Origin: a virus
Taxonomy: Duplodnaviria; Caudoviricetes
DNA length: 52,692 nucleotides
IMG/VR virus record: IMGVR_UViG_3300014827_000003
Span: 1-52,692 of that record
Reading direction: 5' to 3' (one strand)
The notes beneath the pieces are model-generated. The model saw only the letters and a list, made by a program, of their open reading frames with translations. It was not told where the DNA came from and did no database searches. This document shows, in pieces, positions 8,608-18,248 of the stretch; position 1 is the first letter of the stretch; each line of letters opens with the position of its first letter. The translations under genes were made by a program, and so were the position numbers.

Positions 8608-10309
8608 GAAGCTTTAAAGTAACTGTTCCTGAATTCCAAATTTGGTGTATTTTATTAATCCTACAATTTTCTTTCTCGGATGCTCCAGGATTAAATTTAC
8701 CTCCTAAAATTTTAGCTAGTTCTTTCCTCCTAAATTTAAACTTAGATACTCTTTTATCCTTATACACATAGTGAAGTGTGCGGTTTTCAGTGACATACTG
8801 AAACCCGTTTTTGTAGTATGCTCCACCCTCAAATTTATCTAGATCAACATAACTCACTAAATCTTCCAATGGATTTGATCTCCTCCAATTAGTCAGTAGT
8901 TTTGAAAATCCTCCAACAACTGAGGTATCTATTTTATTTGCCATTCTCTGAAGTTCCCACCCGGAATACCCCTTCTTAAATGCCATTAGGCAAACTAGTT
9001 CTCCATCGTAGTTTAACCCAAGATAAGTTGAAGCAGAGCCACCACTTCCCAGAAGGTGATTTTCATCTAGAAATATTGTCGCTTTGTCAGAACTTACCTC
9101 TATTAGTAAACACTTTCTCGCGTATATTTTAGTGATATCCTTATTTAGAACATTCCTTAAATAGGCTTTGACTACTTCCTTGTTATTTTTAAACTCATCT
9201 TCCCAAATTTGAATTACTCTTATTCCCTCTCTATTGAAAGCCCTTCTTTTATTCGTGTGGTAATTAGAATCCTTAGTCCTAGATGAGTGGAAATGCAGTC
9301 CGTTATACTCAATTGCCAAATTAATTTCAGGGAGGAAAATATCTGCTTCAAGATTACTTAGTAATAGTCCTGTCCAGTTCCTTAAAATTACCCCTCTGTA
9401 AATCTCTCCAATATAACTGGCTAAGACCTCTTCTCCCTTAGAGAAGTTTACAGCACATTTTGGACAACCCATAACGCAGCCATGCGCATGGTCCTTCCAA
9501 TTCTGTAGAAAACTCCCGTGAGATGGGCAGACAATATTCAAATTTTCACAATATCTAGTATCCCAATCAACTAAGGAGTAATCATATTTACTACTGTATT
9601 TCTTATTACAATAGTCCAACCACTCGCCAAATTTTAAACTTAGCCTAACAGAAGTTTCATCTCCCTTACATTTAGGACACCCTACATTTTTTGTTACTTG
9701 GTCGTAGTACAAACTAGCAAATTCCCCATGTGTGCCACACACACCAGTTATTTTGGAGTGTGAGTCTTTATATTCTTTTCCCAGATATGGGAAATCGTAT
9801 CTGTCCCCGTAAATTTCCAGTAAGGTTTTAGAAACTTTGTCAATAGAGTTTCTTCTTAAATCTGCCCCATAGTCTCTGGAACATTTAAAGCAAGCCCTAT
9901 TTTCAGATCGGGTGAAAAATTGCCTAACAGTTTTAGAGAATACTCCGTGAGTAGGGCAACTTAAATTAAGTGTCAGATTATAGTTAATAGGGCCGACACA
10001 TTCTGAAACAATACTAACACCTAATTTATAAGCTCTGACCAGAACTCTATCCCAGGTAATTCCCTTGCTGGAAATTATCGCAGAAGTAGTTCTCTCCCTA
10101 CCACATTTAGGACACCCCCTTTTTGTCGAAACATGAGAACTAGGGGTTTGGGAAAAATCTCCATGGATTTTACACCCTATAATAATATTATAGTCATTCC
10201 TGATATACTCCGATTTAGAGTAGTCATAAAGATCCCCGTGAACTTCAACGGCTCTTTGCAACATAGTGGCGGTATCCACCACTCGAATCTTATTTTTCAA
10301 ATTATCCAT
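8531..10309 (-). CDS. Hef-like homing endonuclease: Zn-ribbon repeats, PD-(D/E)xK/Vsr-like nuclease and GNAT/Mom-like domain
   Basis: Four C..HG.F...C.KC repeats; EADIFLPEINLAIEYNGLHFH...IQIWEDE; ARKC...FLDENHLLG...ELQR...GGFSKLL...YYKNGF. Confidence 0.75.
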   Translation of the reverse strand: MDNLKNKIRVVDTATMLQRAVEVHGDLYDYSKSEYIRNDYNIIIGCKIHGDFSQTPSSHVSTKRGCPKCGRERTTSAIISSKGITWDRVLVRAYKLGVSIVSECVGPINYNLTLNLSCPTHGVFSKTVRQFFTRSENRACFKCSRDYGADLRRNSIDKVSKTLLEIYGDRYDFPYLGKEYKDSHSKITGVCGTHGEFASLYYDQVTKNVGCPKCKGDETSVRLSLKFGEWLDYCNKKYSSKYDYSLVDWDTRYCENLNIVCPSHGSFLQNWKDHAHGCVMGCPKCAVNFSKGEEVLASYIGEIYRGVILRNWTGLLLSNLEADIFLPEINLAIEYNGLHFHSSRTKDSNYHTNKRRAFNREGIRVIQIWEDEFKNNKEVVKAYLRNVLNKDITKIYARKCLLIEVSSDKATIFLDENHLLGSGGSASTYLGLNYDGELVCLMAFKKGYSGWELQRMANKIDTSVVGGFSKLLTNWRRSNPLEDLVSYVDLDKFEGGAYYKNGFQYVTENRTLHYVYKDKRVSKFKFRRKELAKILGGKFNPGASEKENCRINKIHQIWNSGTVTLKLPKYNEFRGPHICSLPPSLESTLPNT

Positions 10310-10319
10310 ATCTTTACAT

Positions 10320-10328
10320 ATTATACCA
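10320..10328 (-). promoter_or_regulatory. extended -10 promoter for the Hef-like gene
   Basis: TGGTATAAT on minus strand, 10 nt before ATG 10309. Confidence 0.5.
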
Positions 10329-10360
10329 AATACTCTTTAATTACTATAGGAGGCCTAGAT

Positions 10361-11092
10361 ATGGGTCAATTAATTGATTTAAAAAGTGTTAAAAAATCTC
10401 TCACAATAAACAACAAAGTAAACAATGTTGCCGAAATTCTTCTTTACGATGATATTGGCGAATCTATGTGGGGTGGAGTTTCTGCAAAAGCATTTAAAGA
10501 TGCCCTAAACCAGATCCCTGCCAATACTAAAGAAATACAACTCCGAGTTAATAGCCCAGGAGGAAATGTTTTTGATGGAATGACCATGTATGAGCTATTG
10601 AAATCGGAAAAATCTAAGGGGAGAAAAGTAGTAGCCTATGTAGATGGGCTAGCAGCTTCAATAGCTTCTATCATTATATTAGCAGCAGATGAAATCATCG
10701 TTGGAGATGGATCTATGGTTATGATCCATAGACCTCTTGTAGGTGTTTACGGAAATTCTGCAGAACTAGAAAGAATGATTAATGTTCTAGATAAGATCGA
10801 AGAACAAATGATAACTTTGTATGCTAAGAAAACTGGATTAAGTAGAGCAGAAATTTCTAATATGCTAGCTGCTGAAACTTGGATGACTTCTACTGAAGCT
10901 ATCGACATGAAATTTGCAGACAGTAATTTTAAAAATTGTGACACTCTCCACATTGCAGCTTCAATGATTGAGAGATCTACACACTTTAATAAAAAACCTC
11001 AAATGAAAAATGCAGATGTACTTGTCAAAAACAAATTATCTGAGTTTAATAATAAAGCGAAAGAATACTTAAAAAGTAAAAATATAAAATAG
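10361..11092 (+). CDS. ClpP-type prohead maturation protease
   Basis: VNSPGG, GLAASIAS, MIH, ETWM; AGGAGG RBS before ATG 10361. Confidence 0.93.
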   Translation: MGQLIDLKSVKKSLTINNKVNNVAEILLYDDIGESMWGGVSAKAFKDALNQIPANTKEIQLRVNSPGGNVFDGMTMYELLKSEKSKGRKVVAYVDGLAASIASIIILAADEIIVGDGSMVMIHRPLVGVYGNSAELERMINVLDKIEEQMITLYAKKTGLSRAEISNMLAAETWMTSTEAIDMKFADSNFKNCDTLHIAASMIERSTHFNKKPQMKNADVLVKNKLSEFNNKAKEYLKSKNIK

Positions 11093-11159
11093 GGAATTAA
11101 CTCGCATACCGCGCAGCTAGACCTCTAGTTATTTAACAACCAAACGATAGGAGATACTA

Positions 11160-12419
11160 ATGAATTTGGCACAAATGAAAGAACGTCTAGCAGTAGTTCT
11201 AGCAAAGCTAGAAGAACTGAATGCAGTTGAAAATTTCAACGATGAAATTGTAAACGAAATCAATGACTTCAGCTCAGAATTTGAAGGATTGAAATCTAAA
11301 ATCGAAGCTAAAGAAAAAATGGAAGTAGTACTAGCTGCTAGTACAATTCCAGCTCGTAAAGTTGCTCCAGAAGCAGTTACTAGAGCAGAAGTTCTTCCAG
11401 CAAGAACAGATAAAAACGGTGGATTTAAATCTTTCGGAGAATTTCTTGGATCAGTAAAAAATGCTGCTAACGGAAAATTCGATAAGAGATTTGACAACAC
11501 AATGTTTGAACGCAATGGGGAAGATGGAGGATTTTTAATTCCTGAAGAAATGTTAGGAGAAGTATCTAAAAAACTTCAAGCAGATGAATCTCTTCTTTCT
11601 AAAACTAAACAATTTCAAGTTGCAGGAAACTCTCTTTCAATTCCTACTGATGAAACATCTCCTTGGTCTGGTGGTGTATCTTGTCTATGGGCATCTGAAG
11701 GCGGTCAATATACGGCTTCAAAAAATAAATTTGGGGTTGCATCTTTAAAACTTCATAAACTTACAGCTTTAGTAACTATCTCAGACGAGCTTCTTGAAGA
11801 TAGCACAGCCCTAGAATCATACATCAAAACTATGGCCCCAGAAGCAATCATGCACAAAGTAAACTCTGCCATCTTAACTGGTGACGGTGTAGGTAAACCA
11901 AAAGGTTTATTGAATGCTGGGTTTAAAATCGCAGCTCCTAAAGAAGGCGGCCAAGTTGCAGCTACTATCGTAGCTCGTAACGTAATTAAAATGTACTCTT
12001 CTGTAATTCCTTCAGCTCGCGCTGGAGCAGCTTGGTACATCAACGCTGGTTGTGAAGAACAATTAAGAATGATGAAAGATGATCTTGGAAACTTTATCTA
12101 CCTTTCTCCAGGTTCTCAAATGAACCAATCTCCTTACGGTGTCCTTTTAGGATTGCCAGTAATCCCTTTAATTGGTTCTATGCCAGCTTTAGGAGATGAA
12201 GGGGATATAATCCTTGCAAACCTTGGATATTACTACACAATCGTTAAAGCTGGTGGAATGAAACAAGCAGTTTCTTCTCACTTGTACTTTGATAGAGATC
12301 TTCAAGCTTATAAATTCAGCTTACGTTTAGACGGTCAATGTCCGTTCAAAACTCCAGTTGTAACTGAGTTTGGAAATCACTCTATGTCAGCTATCGTTAC
12401 TCTTGCTGATAGACACTAA
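11160..12419 (+). CDS. major capsid protein, HK97 fold with N-terminal delta domain
   Basis: Coiled-coil N-terminus, GGFLIPE, ISDELLEDS, GDGVGKPKG, LLGLPV. Confidence 0.95.
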   Translation: MNLAQMKERLAVVLAKLEELNAVENFNDEIVNEINDFSSEFEGLKSKIEAKEKMEVVLAASTIPARKVAPEAVTRAEVLPARTDKNGGFKSFGEFLGSVKNAANGKFDKRFDNTMFERNGEDGGFLIPEEMLGEVSKKLQADESLLSKTKQFQVAGNSLSIPTDETSPWSGGVSCLWASEGGQYTASKNKFGVASLKLHKLTALVTISDELLEDSTALESYIKTMAPEAIMHKVNSAILTGDGVGKPKGLLNAGFKIAAPKEGGQVAATIVARNVIKMYSSVIPSARAGAAWYINAGCEEQLRMMKDDLGNFIYLSPGSQMNQSPYGVLLGLPVIPLIGSMPALGDEGDIILANLGYYYTIVKAGGMKQAVSSHLYFDRDLQAYKFSLRLDGQCPFKTPVVTEFGNHSMSAIVTLADRH

Positions 12420-12427
12420 TTATTAAT

Positions 12428-12453
12428 GGCCCTCTTAATTGAGGGCCTCTTTC
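12428..12453 (+). terminator. probable intrinsic terminator after capsid gene
   Basis: GGCCCTC-TTAATT-GAGGGCC then TCTTTC. Confidence 0.6.
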
Positions 12454-12483
12454 TAAAATGAACTTAACTTAATTGGAGAATAT

Positions 12484-12975
12484 ATGGATAACAATTTTTT
12501 ATTAGAAGAAAACAATGCCAAGGTAGCGTTTGGTCCTGTAGACATGAACGCAGCAGCTATTACTGGTGCTAGAATTAAAATGGACGAAGCTAAAAGATGC
12601 TCAGTTGTAATCAACATGGGAACATCTGCTCTTCCGGCGGTAGTCCAATTCACACTTAAACAACATAATGCTGCAGCAGCAGGGACTTCTAAAGTTCTAG
12701 CAGTAGCTAATAAGTATTATGTTAAGTCTGGAGCAGCTATAGCTTTTACTCAAGTAGATCCAGGTGACGTTGCAGCTTCTCTTTATGACCTTTCTACGAC
12801 TTTTACTGCTGATGACGGTTTAGTTGTATTCGAAGTTCTAGATAGCGACCTAGACGTAAACAATGGATTTGCATGGTTCTCAGTTGATGTTGCTATCTCT
12901 ACAGCAGCTAAATTGGCCGGAGCTGTTTACATCTCTGATGCAATCCACCAACCAGCTTACTCTAACGATATTTAA
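12484..12975 (+). CDS. virion protein, possible capsid decoration
   Basis: Directly after capsid; Ala/Val-rich beta composition; same codon style as capsid. Confidence 0.65.
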   Translation: MDNNFLLEENNAKVAFGPVDMNAAAITGARIKMDEAKRCSVVINMGTSALPAVVQFTLKQHNAAAAGTSKVLAVANKYYVKSGAAIAFTQVDPGDVAASLYDLSTTFTADDGLVVFEVLDSDLDVNNGFAWFSVDVAISTAAKLAGAVYISDAIHQPAYSNDI

Positions 12976-13008
12976 TTAGTAGTCATACTAGATAATAATA
13001 GTTAAATT

Positions 13009-13036
13009 AGGGGATAAAGAAATTTATCCCCTTTTT
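13009..13036 (+). terminator. intrinsic terminator
   Basis: GGGGATAAA-GAAA-TTTATCCCC plus T run. Confidence 0.8.
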
Positions 13037-13049
13037 GTATGGAGGTACT

Positions 13050-13379
13050 ATGAAATTAAAATTTAATAGCAATGTTACTGTAAAAGGAACTGTCTCTTTC
13101 GAAGAAGGTAAAATTTACGAAATAGATAACTCTCTTGGCTCTGCTTCAATGTGGATTAAAAGGGGAGTTGCTGATGAATTTTCTGAGGAAGAAGAAGTTG
13201 TAATCAAACAAGTACAAGAAGAAGTTGTAATCAAACAAGTACAAGAAGAAGAAGAAGAAGAAGTGATTGTCGATGAGTCTCTAGATGTTCTAGATGTTCT
13301 AGGTGGATCAGAAGAAGTTGCCATTGTAGAAGTTAAAGAAGAAAATATGAAAGGTAAAAAGCTTAAGAAAGGAAACTAA
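13050..13379 (+). CDS. acidic hypothetical head-region protein with 27-bp internal duplication
   Basis: GGAGG RBS before ATG 13050; EEVVIKQVQ twice. Confidence 0.7.
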   Translation: MKLKFNSNVTVKGTVSFEEGKIYEIDNSLGSASMWIKRGVADEFSEEEEVVIKQVQEEVVIKQVQEEEEEEVIVDESLDVLDVLGGSEEVAIVEVKEENMKGKKLKKGN

Positions 13380-13382
13380 TAA

Positions 13383-14681
13383 ATGAACTTTCTATCATTC
13401 TTCAATAGAGTAAAAGAAAAATTTATAACCCCCATTAGACGCTCTATCGGAATGTCGGGGGGAAGTGTAGTCAGTGACGATACAGCAATGCAAGCATCAG
13501 CTTTCTATCGTGGGGTTGTCTATATTTCAACCCAAATTGCTAAACTTCCTTGGGAAGTTAAAGACGCGGATAATAATATTATTGATAATGATATTTCGTA
13601 CCTATTGAATGGAGCTCCGAATGAGGAGATGACTTCTTTTGGATTGAAATTATTTCTTATCCAAACCGCGATTGTTCGTGGAAATGGTTATGCAGAAATT
13701 GTTAGGGATATGAGTGGCCGTCCAAGAGAATTATGGCCCATAAACCCATTAAAAGTTTTCCCAACTAGGGATGCTGATGGGAAACTTTGGTATCACATTG
13801 TTAGTGGTGGAGAGGATAGTGCTGATACTATGCTCCGACCGAGAGATCTTTTTATCGTTAGAAATTTTCACACTAAAGACGGTTTTCAAGGGCAGGGAGT
13901 TGTTGGATATGCAATGGATACTCTTGGTATTTCTCTTGGTGCGGATAAGTTTGCAAATGCTTTGTTTGCTAATGGTGGGATGCCTAGTGGTGTTCTTCAG
14001 TATCCTGGTAGATTGGACGATGAAGCTTTCAAGAGATTAAAAGAATCTTGGAGCAATAGTAACGGTGGAAGAAAAACAGGTCAGACAGCTATTCTAGAAG
14101 ACGGTGTCACATATAGCCCCATTTCACATGCACCCGATGTTCTTCAATTCCTTGAATCAAGAAAATTTAATGTTGCTGAGATTGCCAGATTCTTAGGTGT
14201 ACCACCTACCAAACTTTTTGATTCACATGCTGCTAAATATAACAACATCGAGCATTCAAATCTAGAAGTTGCCACGGATACTCTAGATTCTTGGTGTCGT
14301 AATTTAGAATCTGAAGCTGATATAAAATTACTTAATGGAAACTATAAAGGGTATAAAACTAAATTAGATTTATACGCTATCTTTCGTGGGGATATGGCAA
14401 CTAGGGCAACATACTTTAATACCATGATGCAATCTGGGGCAATCACTCCGAATCAAATTAGACTCCAAGAAGGGTTGGCCCCGTATGTCGGTGGCGACAG
14501 GTATTATATTGCATCAAACAATTTCACGCCGGAAGATAGGCAAGATGAAATCATTGATGCTCGTTTAGTTCCTAAACAAGTAGCTGCTCCAGTCACACCA
14601 AAACAAGATCCGGCAAAAGCTGAATCAGAAATAGAGATTGCAGCTAAAAAAAGATTATTAGAGATCCTAAAAAAAGACTAA
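13383..14681 (+). CDS. portal protein, HK97 family
   Basis: IAKLP, PNEEMT, GNGYAEI, FANGGMPSGVL, QFLESRKF..AEIARFLGVPP, TPNQIR..EGL. Confidence 0.95.
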   Translation: MNFLSFFNRVKEKFITPIRRSIGMSGGSVVSDDTAMQASAFYRGVVYISTQIAKLPWEVKDADNNIIDNDISYLLNGAPNEEMTSFGLKLFLIQTAIVRGNGYAEIVRDMSGRPRELWPINPLKVFPTRDADGKLWYHIVSGGEDSADTMLRPRDLFIVRNFHTKDGFQGQGVVGYAMDTLGISLGADKFANALFANGGMPSGVLQYPGRLDDEAFKRLKESWSNSNGGRKTGQTAILEDGVTYSPISHAPDVLQFLESRKFNVAEIARFLGVPPTKLFDSHAAKYNNIEHSNLEVATDTLDSWCRNLESEADIKLLNGNYKGYKTKLDLYAIFRGDMATRATYFNTMMQSGAITPNQIRLQEGLAPYVGGDRYYIASNNFTPEDRQDEIIDARLVPKQVAAPVTPKQDPAKAESEIEIAAKKRLLEILKKD

Positions 14682-14699
14682 CTCGCTAAAGCGCAGTAG

Positions 14700-16124
14700 G
14701 TGGAAAATTTGGATAATGTTACCCTCTTAGCTTTGGTAGACGCTTTAGTCGAAGACGCTATTAAAAAAATTGATATGCCTGAAGTTCTTACTGGTCCAAG
14801 GGGGATCAAAGGTAAAGACGGTAATGATTTCAATCTAGAAGATCACGCAGAAGAAATATCCAATCTTATAATTTCACACATACCTAAAACATTTGAACTA
14901 TCCGAAGATCAGAAAGCAGAGTTAGTCGGACCTCGTGGACGAGATGGTAAAAATGGTGAAGATGGTAAAGATTACGATTTAGAAGTTTTAAAAGAAGCAG
15001 TAACAAATACAATATTAGAAATACGAGACACCTTAAAATTAAAATTTAATGATTTACTGGAAGAGGATATTGAATCCTTGAGAGGTCCCCGAGGGCTAAA
15101 AGGTAAAGATGGAAATGATTTTATCTTTGAAGATAATTCAGAGGCCATAACTAAAATAATCTCTAATACGATAGACCAAAATAAGGATCACTATAAATTA
15201 AAATTTTGTGACCTAACAGAGGAAGAAACTGAGGGCCTACGAGGACCTAGAGGTCAAAGAGGAAAAGCTGGTAGAGACTTCTCACTAGACGACTCAAAAC
15301 CCTTTATTGAAGAATCCCTAAAAGAAATATTTCAAGCTAATTCTGAAGACCTTAAATTAAAATTTATTAATCTCACAGATGTAGAGAAAGACAGTTTAAA
15401 GCTAAAATTTGATGACCTAACCTTTGATAACAAGTTGGAATTAAAGGGGGCAAGAGGTCAAAAAGGAAAGCAGGGAACTCAGGGAGAAAGCATAGTTGGC
15501 CCTCGTGGCCCTATCGGTCCAGTTGGTCTGCGAGGAATGCAGGGACTCCCCGGAAAAGACACAATTGCTTTTGATGGAAAAGATGGAGCAAACGGGAAAG
15601 ATGCTCCAATAGTTGAAGATGTAAAATTACTAGATAATAAAGATTATATCGCTCTAGAGTTTAACTATAGCGATGGAAGTTCTGTTAAAACTAACGAGAT
15701 AAAACTTCCATTAAAGTCTGCTACTAATATATATAATTCATCTTTTGCTTCACCTCAGTCTGCTGCAAATGTGCTGCTTTCCGGGGTAGTGTGTGACCCT
15801 TCAGTGTATGTAGGGTCTGCAGTATATATTGATAATAGTGGAACAGCCTTTAATGCAATAGCTACATCTATGGCAACTTCAAATGTTATAGGGATAGTGG
15901 AAAGTAAGCAGGGGTCTGGGCTTTGTACAATAAGGTTTTTAGGGGTATCTGGAAATATTTATTCGGGGTTAGACACTACCCAAGAATATTTTTTAAGTGA
16001 TACAGTACCAGGAGCAATAACAACGGCCATAATAAGTTCTGGGAATATCATATTAAAGTTAGGTCAACCTTTTAGCAGTTCCTCTTTCCTTGTACTTAAG
16101 GGAACAAGGATATTAAAAGTATGA
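14700..16124 (+). CDS. collagen-like head fibre with C-terminal cement/fibre-anchor-like domain
   Basis: Repeated G-X-Y runs (GPRG..G..G.D) alternating with LKLKF motifs; C-terminal VG..VY...IGIV...YFLS...G.IT. Confidence 0.7.
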   Translation: MENLDNVTLLALVDALVEDAIKKIDMPEVLTGPRGIKGKDGNDFNLEDHAEEISNLIISHIPKTFELSEDQKAELVGPRGRDGKNGEDGKDYDLEVLKEAVTNTILEIRDTLKLKFNDLLEEDIESLRGPRGLKGKDGNDFIFEDNSEAITKIISNTIDQNKDHYKLKFCDLTEEETEGLRGPRGQRGKAGRDFSLDDSKPFIEESLKEIFQANSEDLKLKFINLTDVEKDSLKLKFDDLTFDNKLELKGARGQKGKQGTQGESIVGPRGPIGPVGLRGMQGLPGKDTIAFDGKDGANGKDAPIVEDVKLLDNKDYIALEFNYSDGSSVKTNEIKLPLKSATNIYNSSFASPQSAANVLLSGVVCDPSVYVGSAVYIDNSGTAFNAIATSMATSNVIGIVESKQGSGLCTIRFLGVSGNIYSGLDTTQEYFLSDTVPGAITTAIISSGNIILKLGQPFSSSSFLVLKGTRILKV

Positions 16125-16570
16125 CAATCATAAGAAAACCTCTAGTACTAATTGGCAATGATATAAAAGAACTTCCAGTTGACGATAGCCTAGATATATC
16201 GGCCTCCTCACTAAGAATTATTAGAATAGCTACTGAAGGCATTGTATCTGGGGAATTAGTTAAATCCGATTCCCCTACAAATGTTAGCCTTGCCAATAAT
16301 GACCTATTATCGAGGGATGCAGTTGTTCTTGGAGTTGCTGTAAATAGTGCATTGGCAGGAGAGCAAGTAGTCATATTACTGATGGGAGTTCTTTCAAATA
16401 CTGCCTACTCAATCGTCACTTTAAATACTTTGTTATTTTTAGATGTTGCAGGAGGAATAACTGATGTACGGCCAGTGGCCCCAGCAGCAAAATACTTAAC
16501 CTCTGTGGGGAAATCCCTCGGGGGAAATTCTATATTCATTCAAATATCTGACCCAAGAAAATTATCATAG
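16121..16570 (+). CDS. capsid cement/fibre-like protein (DUF2190-like)
   Basis: A.E.I..GELV...A...LGVA...A.AG..V...G pattern; resembles C-terminus of previous gene. Confidence 0.55.
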   Translation: MTIIRKPLVLIGNDIKELPVDDSLDISASSLRIIRIATEGIVSGELVKSDSPTNVSLANNDLLSRDAVVLGVAVNSALAGEQVVILLMGVLSNTAYSIVTLNTLLFLDVAGGITDVRPVAPAAKYLTSVGKSLGGNSIFIQISDPRKLS

Positions 16571-16579
16571 GAAAGCATA

Positions 16580-16924
16580 ATGGCAACTACAACTAGAAAG
16601 AAGAAAAAAGCAGTAGAAGAGAAAATTTTAAGCCCAGATGAGCATAGAGCAGTAGAGAAAATGCCACTAGTAATTGAAAATGCTAAATTGCTTATGGCAT
16701 TAGAAGAACAAGCTTTGAAAAATATGTTGTTAGAGCTACGACTGCTAGAGCAAAAGATAGAGAAACAGAAAATAATTGTCTCAGAACGTCACTCAAGATA
16801 CAATTCTGAGAAGGAAAGATATGGCCTAGTTATTGGCGATATTATGAAAAGCCACAAATTAGACAGTGAGAAATTTAGTTATAATAATGATACAAGATTG
16901 TTAGGAATAGACGATAAAAAATAA
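16580..16924 (+). CDS. coiled-coil hypothetical protein
   Basis: Leu/Glu/Lys heptads. Confidence 0.65.
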   Translation: MATTTRKKKKAVEEKILSPDEHRAVEKMPLVIENAKLLMALEEQALKNMLLELRLLEQKIEKQKIIVSERHSRYNSEKERYGLVIGDIMKSHKLDSEKFSYNNDTRLLGIDDKK

Positions 16925-16933
16925 GGATATGGT

Positions 16934-17605
16934 ATGCTAGTAACACTATCAGATATGAAATTGTATTTAGGAATAACGGACACAACTAAGGATACTTTCC
17001 TAAACCAACAAATAGCTTTAATCTCGGATACGATTGAAGCTTACTGCTCCAGAAAATTTGCTTCAACTCAATATATTCAAACCTTCTACCGAGAAGAATT
17101 AGAGGATTTGGGATTAACAGTGAATGAGGTAGTGTGCTACCACTTTCCACTTATCTCCGTAGATAATATTATTACTAAACAACTAGACACCGATGTAGGA
17201 GAAGCTGTAACAGATTATAGAATTCACAAACCTTCTGCAAAAATAATTAAGAAAAGATTTCTAACCTCATATACTCTTCCTTTATTTTATTATGGGAATA
17301 ACATCTTAGAAGTAACCTATACAGCAGGATACGCAACCATCCCTGCGACAGTAACTCAAGTTGTTTATGATCTTGTTAAAGAGCGATTTAATAAAATGAC
17401 AAACGGTATTGATTTAAATTTTGGATCAGATGTTCAAAGCATTGCTATCCCAGGAGTAATCAATATTCAATATGATTTTAAATTGCAAAATAATAAGAGA
17501 GATTCTGCTTTTGGAGTTATCTTAGGGAATAGTGCAAACGTGCTAGATTTCTATAGAAGTGAGAGAGCAGTAGTAGGAAGCTTACGATTAGCTTATGTAG
17601 AATAA
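16934..17605 (+). CDS. head-tail connector (gp6/gp15-like)
   Basis: LVTLSDMKLYLGI...D..L...I...IEAYCSRKF, VTYTAGY. Confidence 0.8.
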   Translation: MLVTLSDMKLYLGITDTTKDTFLNQQIALISDTIEAYCSRKFASTQYIQTFYREELEDLGLTVNEVVCYHFPLISVDNIITKQLDTDVGEAVTDYRIHKPSAKIIKKRFLTSYTLPLFYYGNNILEVTYTAGYATIPATVTQVVYDLVKERFNKMTNGIDLNFGSDVQSIAIPGVINIQYDFKLQNNKRDSAFGVILGNSANVLDFYRSERAVVGSLRLAYVE

Positions 17606-17615
17606 GGATAATTTT

Positions 17616-18248
17616 ATGGTAGATAGTTTGGCCAATGCTTTTAATTTAGTTACAAAATTACATTCTCGGTCAGCTACCATTGAACGCCCTGGTTCCTCGG
17701 AGCTAGTCAATGGAGTAGTTCCATCAATATCAGCTAGCTTGACTTCAAATATCTCGGAAGGACTAGTATATATCGAGGGGGTCAGAATAGTTATCCCGAT
17801 TACCTCCAATACCTATACTTTAAGTAAAGACACATATTTGGATATTACACCAATTGGAATTTTAACTTTTATAGAAGTTGCTAATGGTACTGCTGCTCCA
17901 GCAATCACAGCATTAAATATTAGGATAGCTAAAATAGTTACTGATGCAACATCAATAACAAGTGTAGTGATGCTTAGAACACCTAAAGCTATCTACAAAA
18001 TAAATCCTGTAAATATTAGAATCACTCCTGGGAATTATTCTAGAAATCTCGGAGCTCCTGAAGAAATAATAATAACTGGAAGAGAGTTTGTTATCTCTAA
18101 GAAGAACTTAGATGAGGTCTATTTTCCATCTTTAAAGAGAGGGGATAGAATAAAGGACTCAGAACTAGGGTATATAATTCTGTCAGACATAAATGAGATG
18201 TATGGATTCGGTGGAAGCATTATCGGATACCGAGTGAGATCTAGCTGA
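17616..18248 (+). CDS. putative head-closure/joining protein with inserted domain
   Basis: Position; C-terminal KRGDRI beta pattern. Confidence 0.55.
   Translation: MVDSLANAFNLVTKLHSRSATIERPGSSELVNGVVPSISASLTSNISEGLVYIEGVRIVIPITSNTYTLSKDTYLDITPIGILTFIEVANGTAAPAITALNIRIAKIVTDATSITSVVMLRTPKAIYKINPVNIRITPGNYSRNLGAPEEIIITGREFVISKKNLDEVYFPSLKRGDRIKDSELGYIILSDINEMYGFGGSIIGYRVRSS

Noticed and set aside
10133-10360. N-terminal extension of the Clp protease given in the ORF track
   Set aside because: Overlaps the antisense nuclease gene; AGGAGG supports ATG 10361
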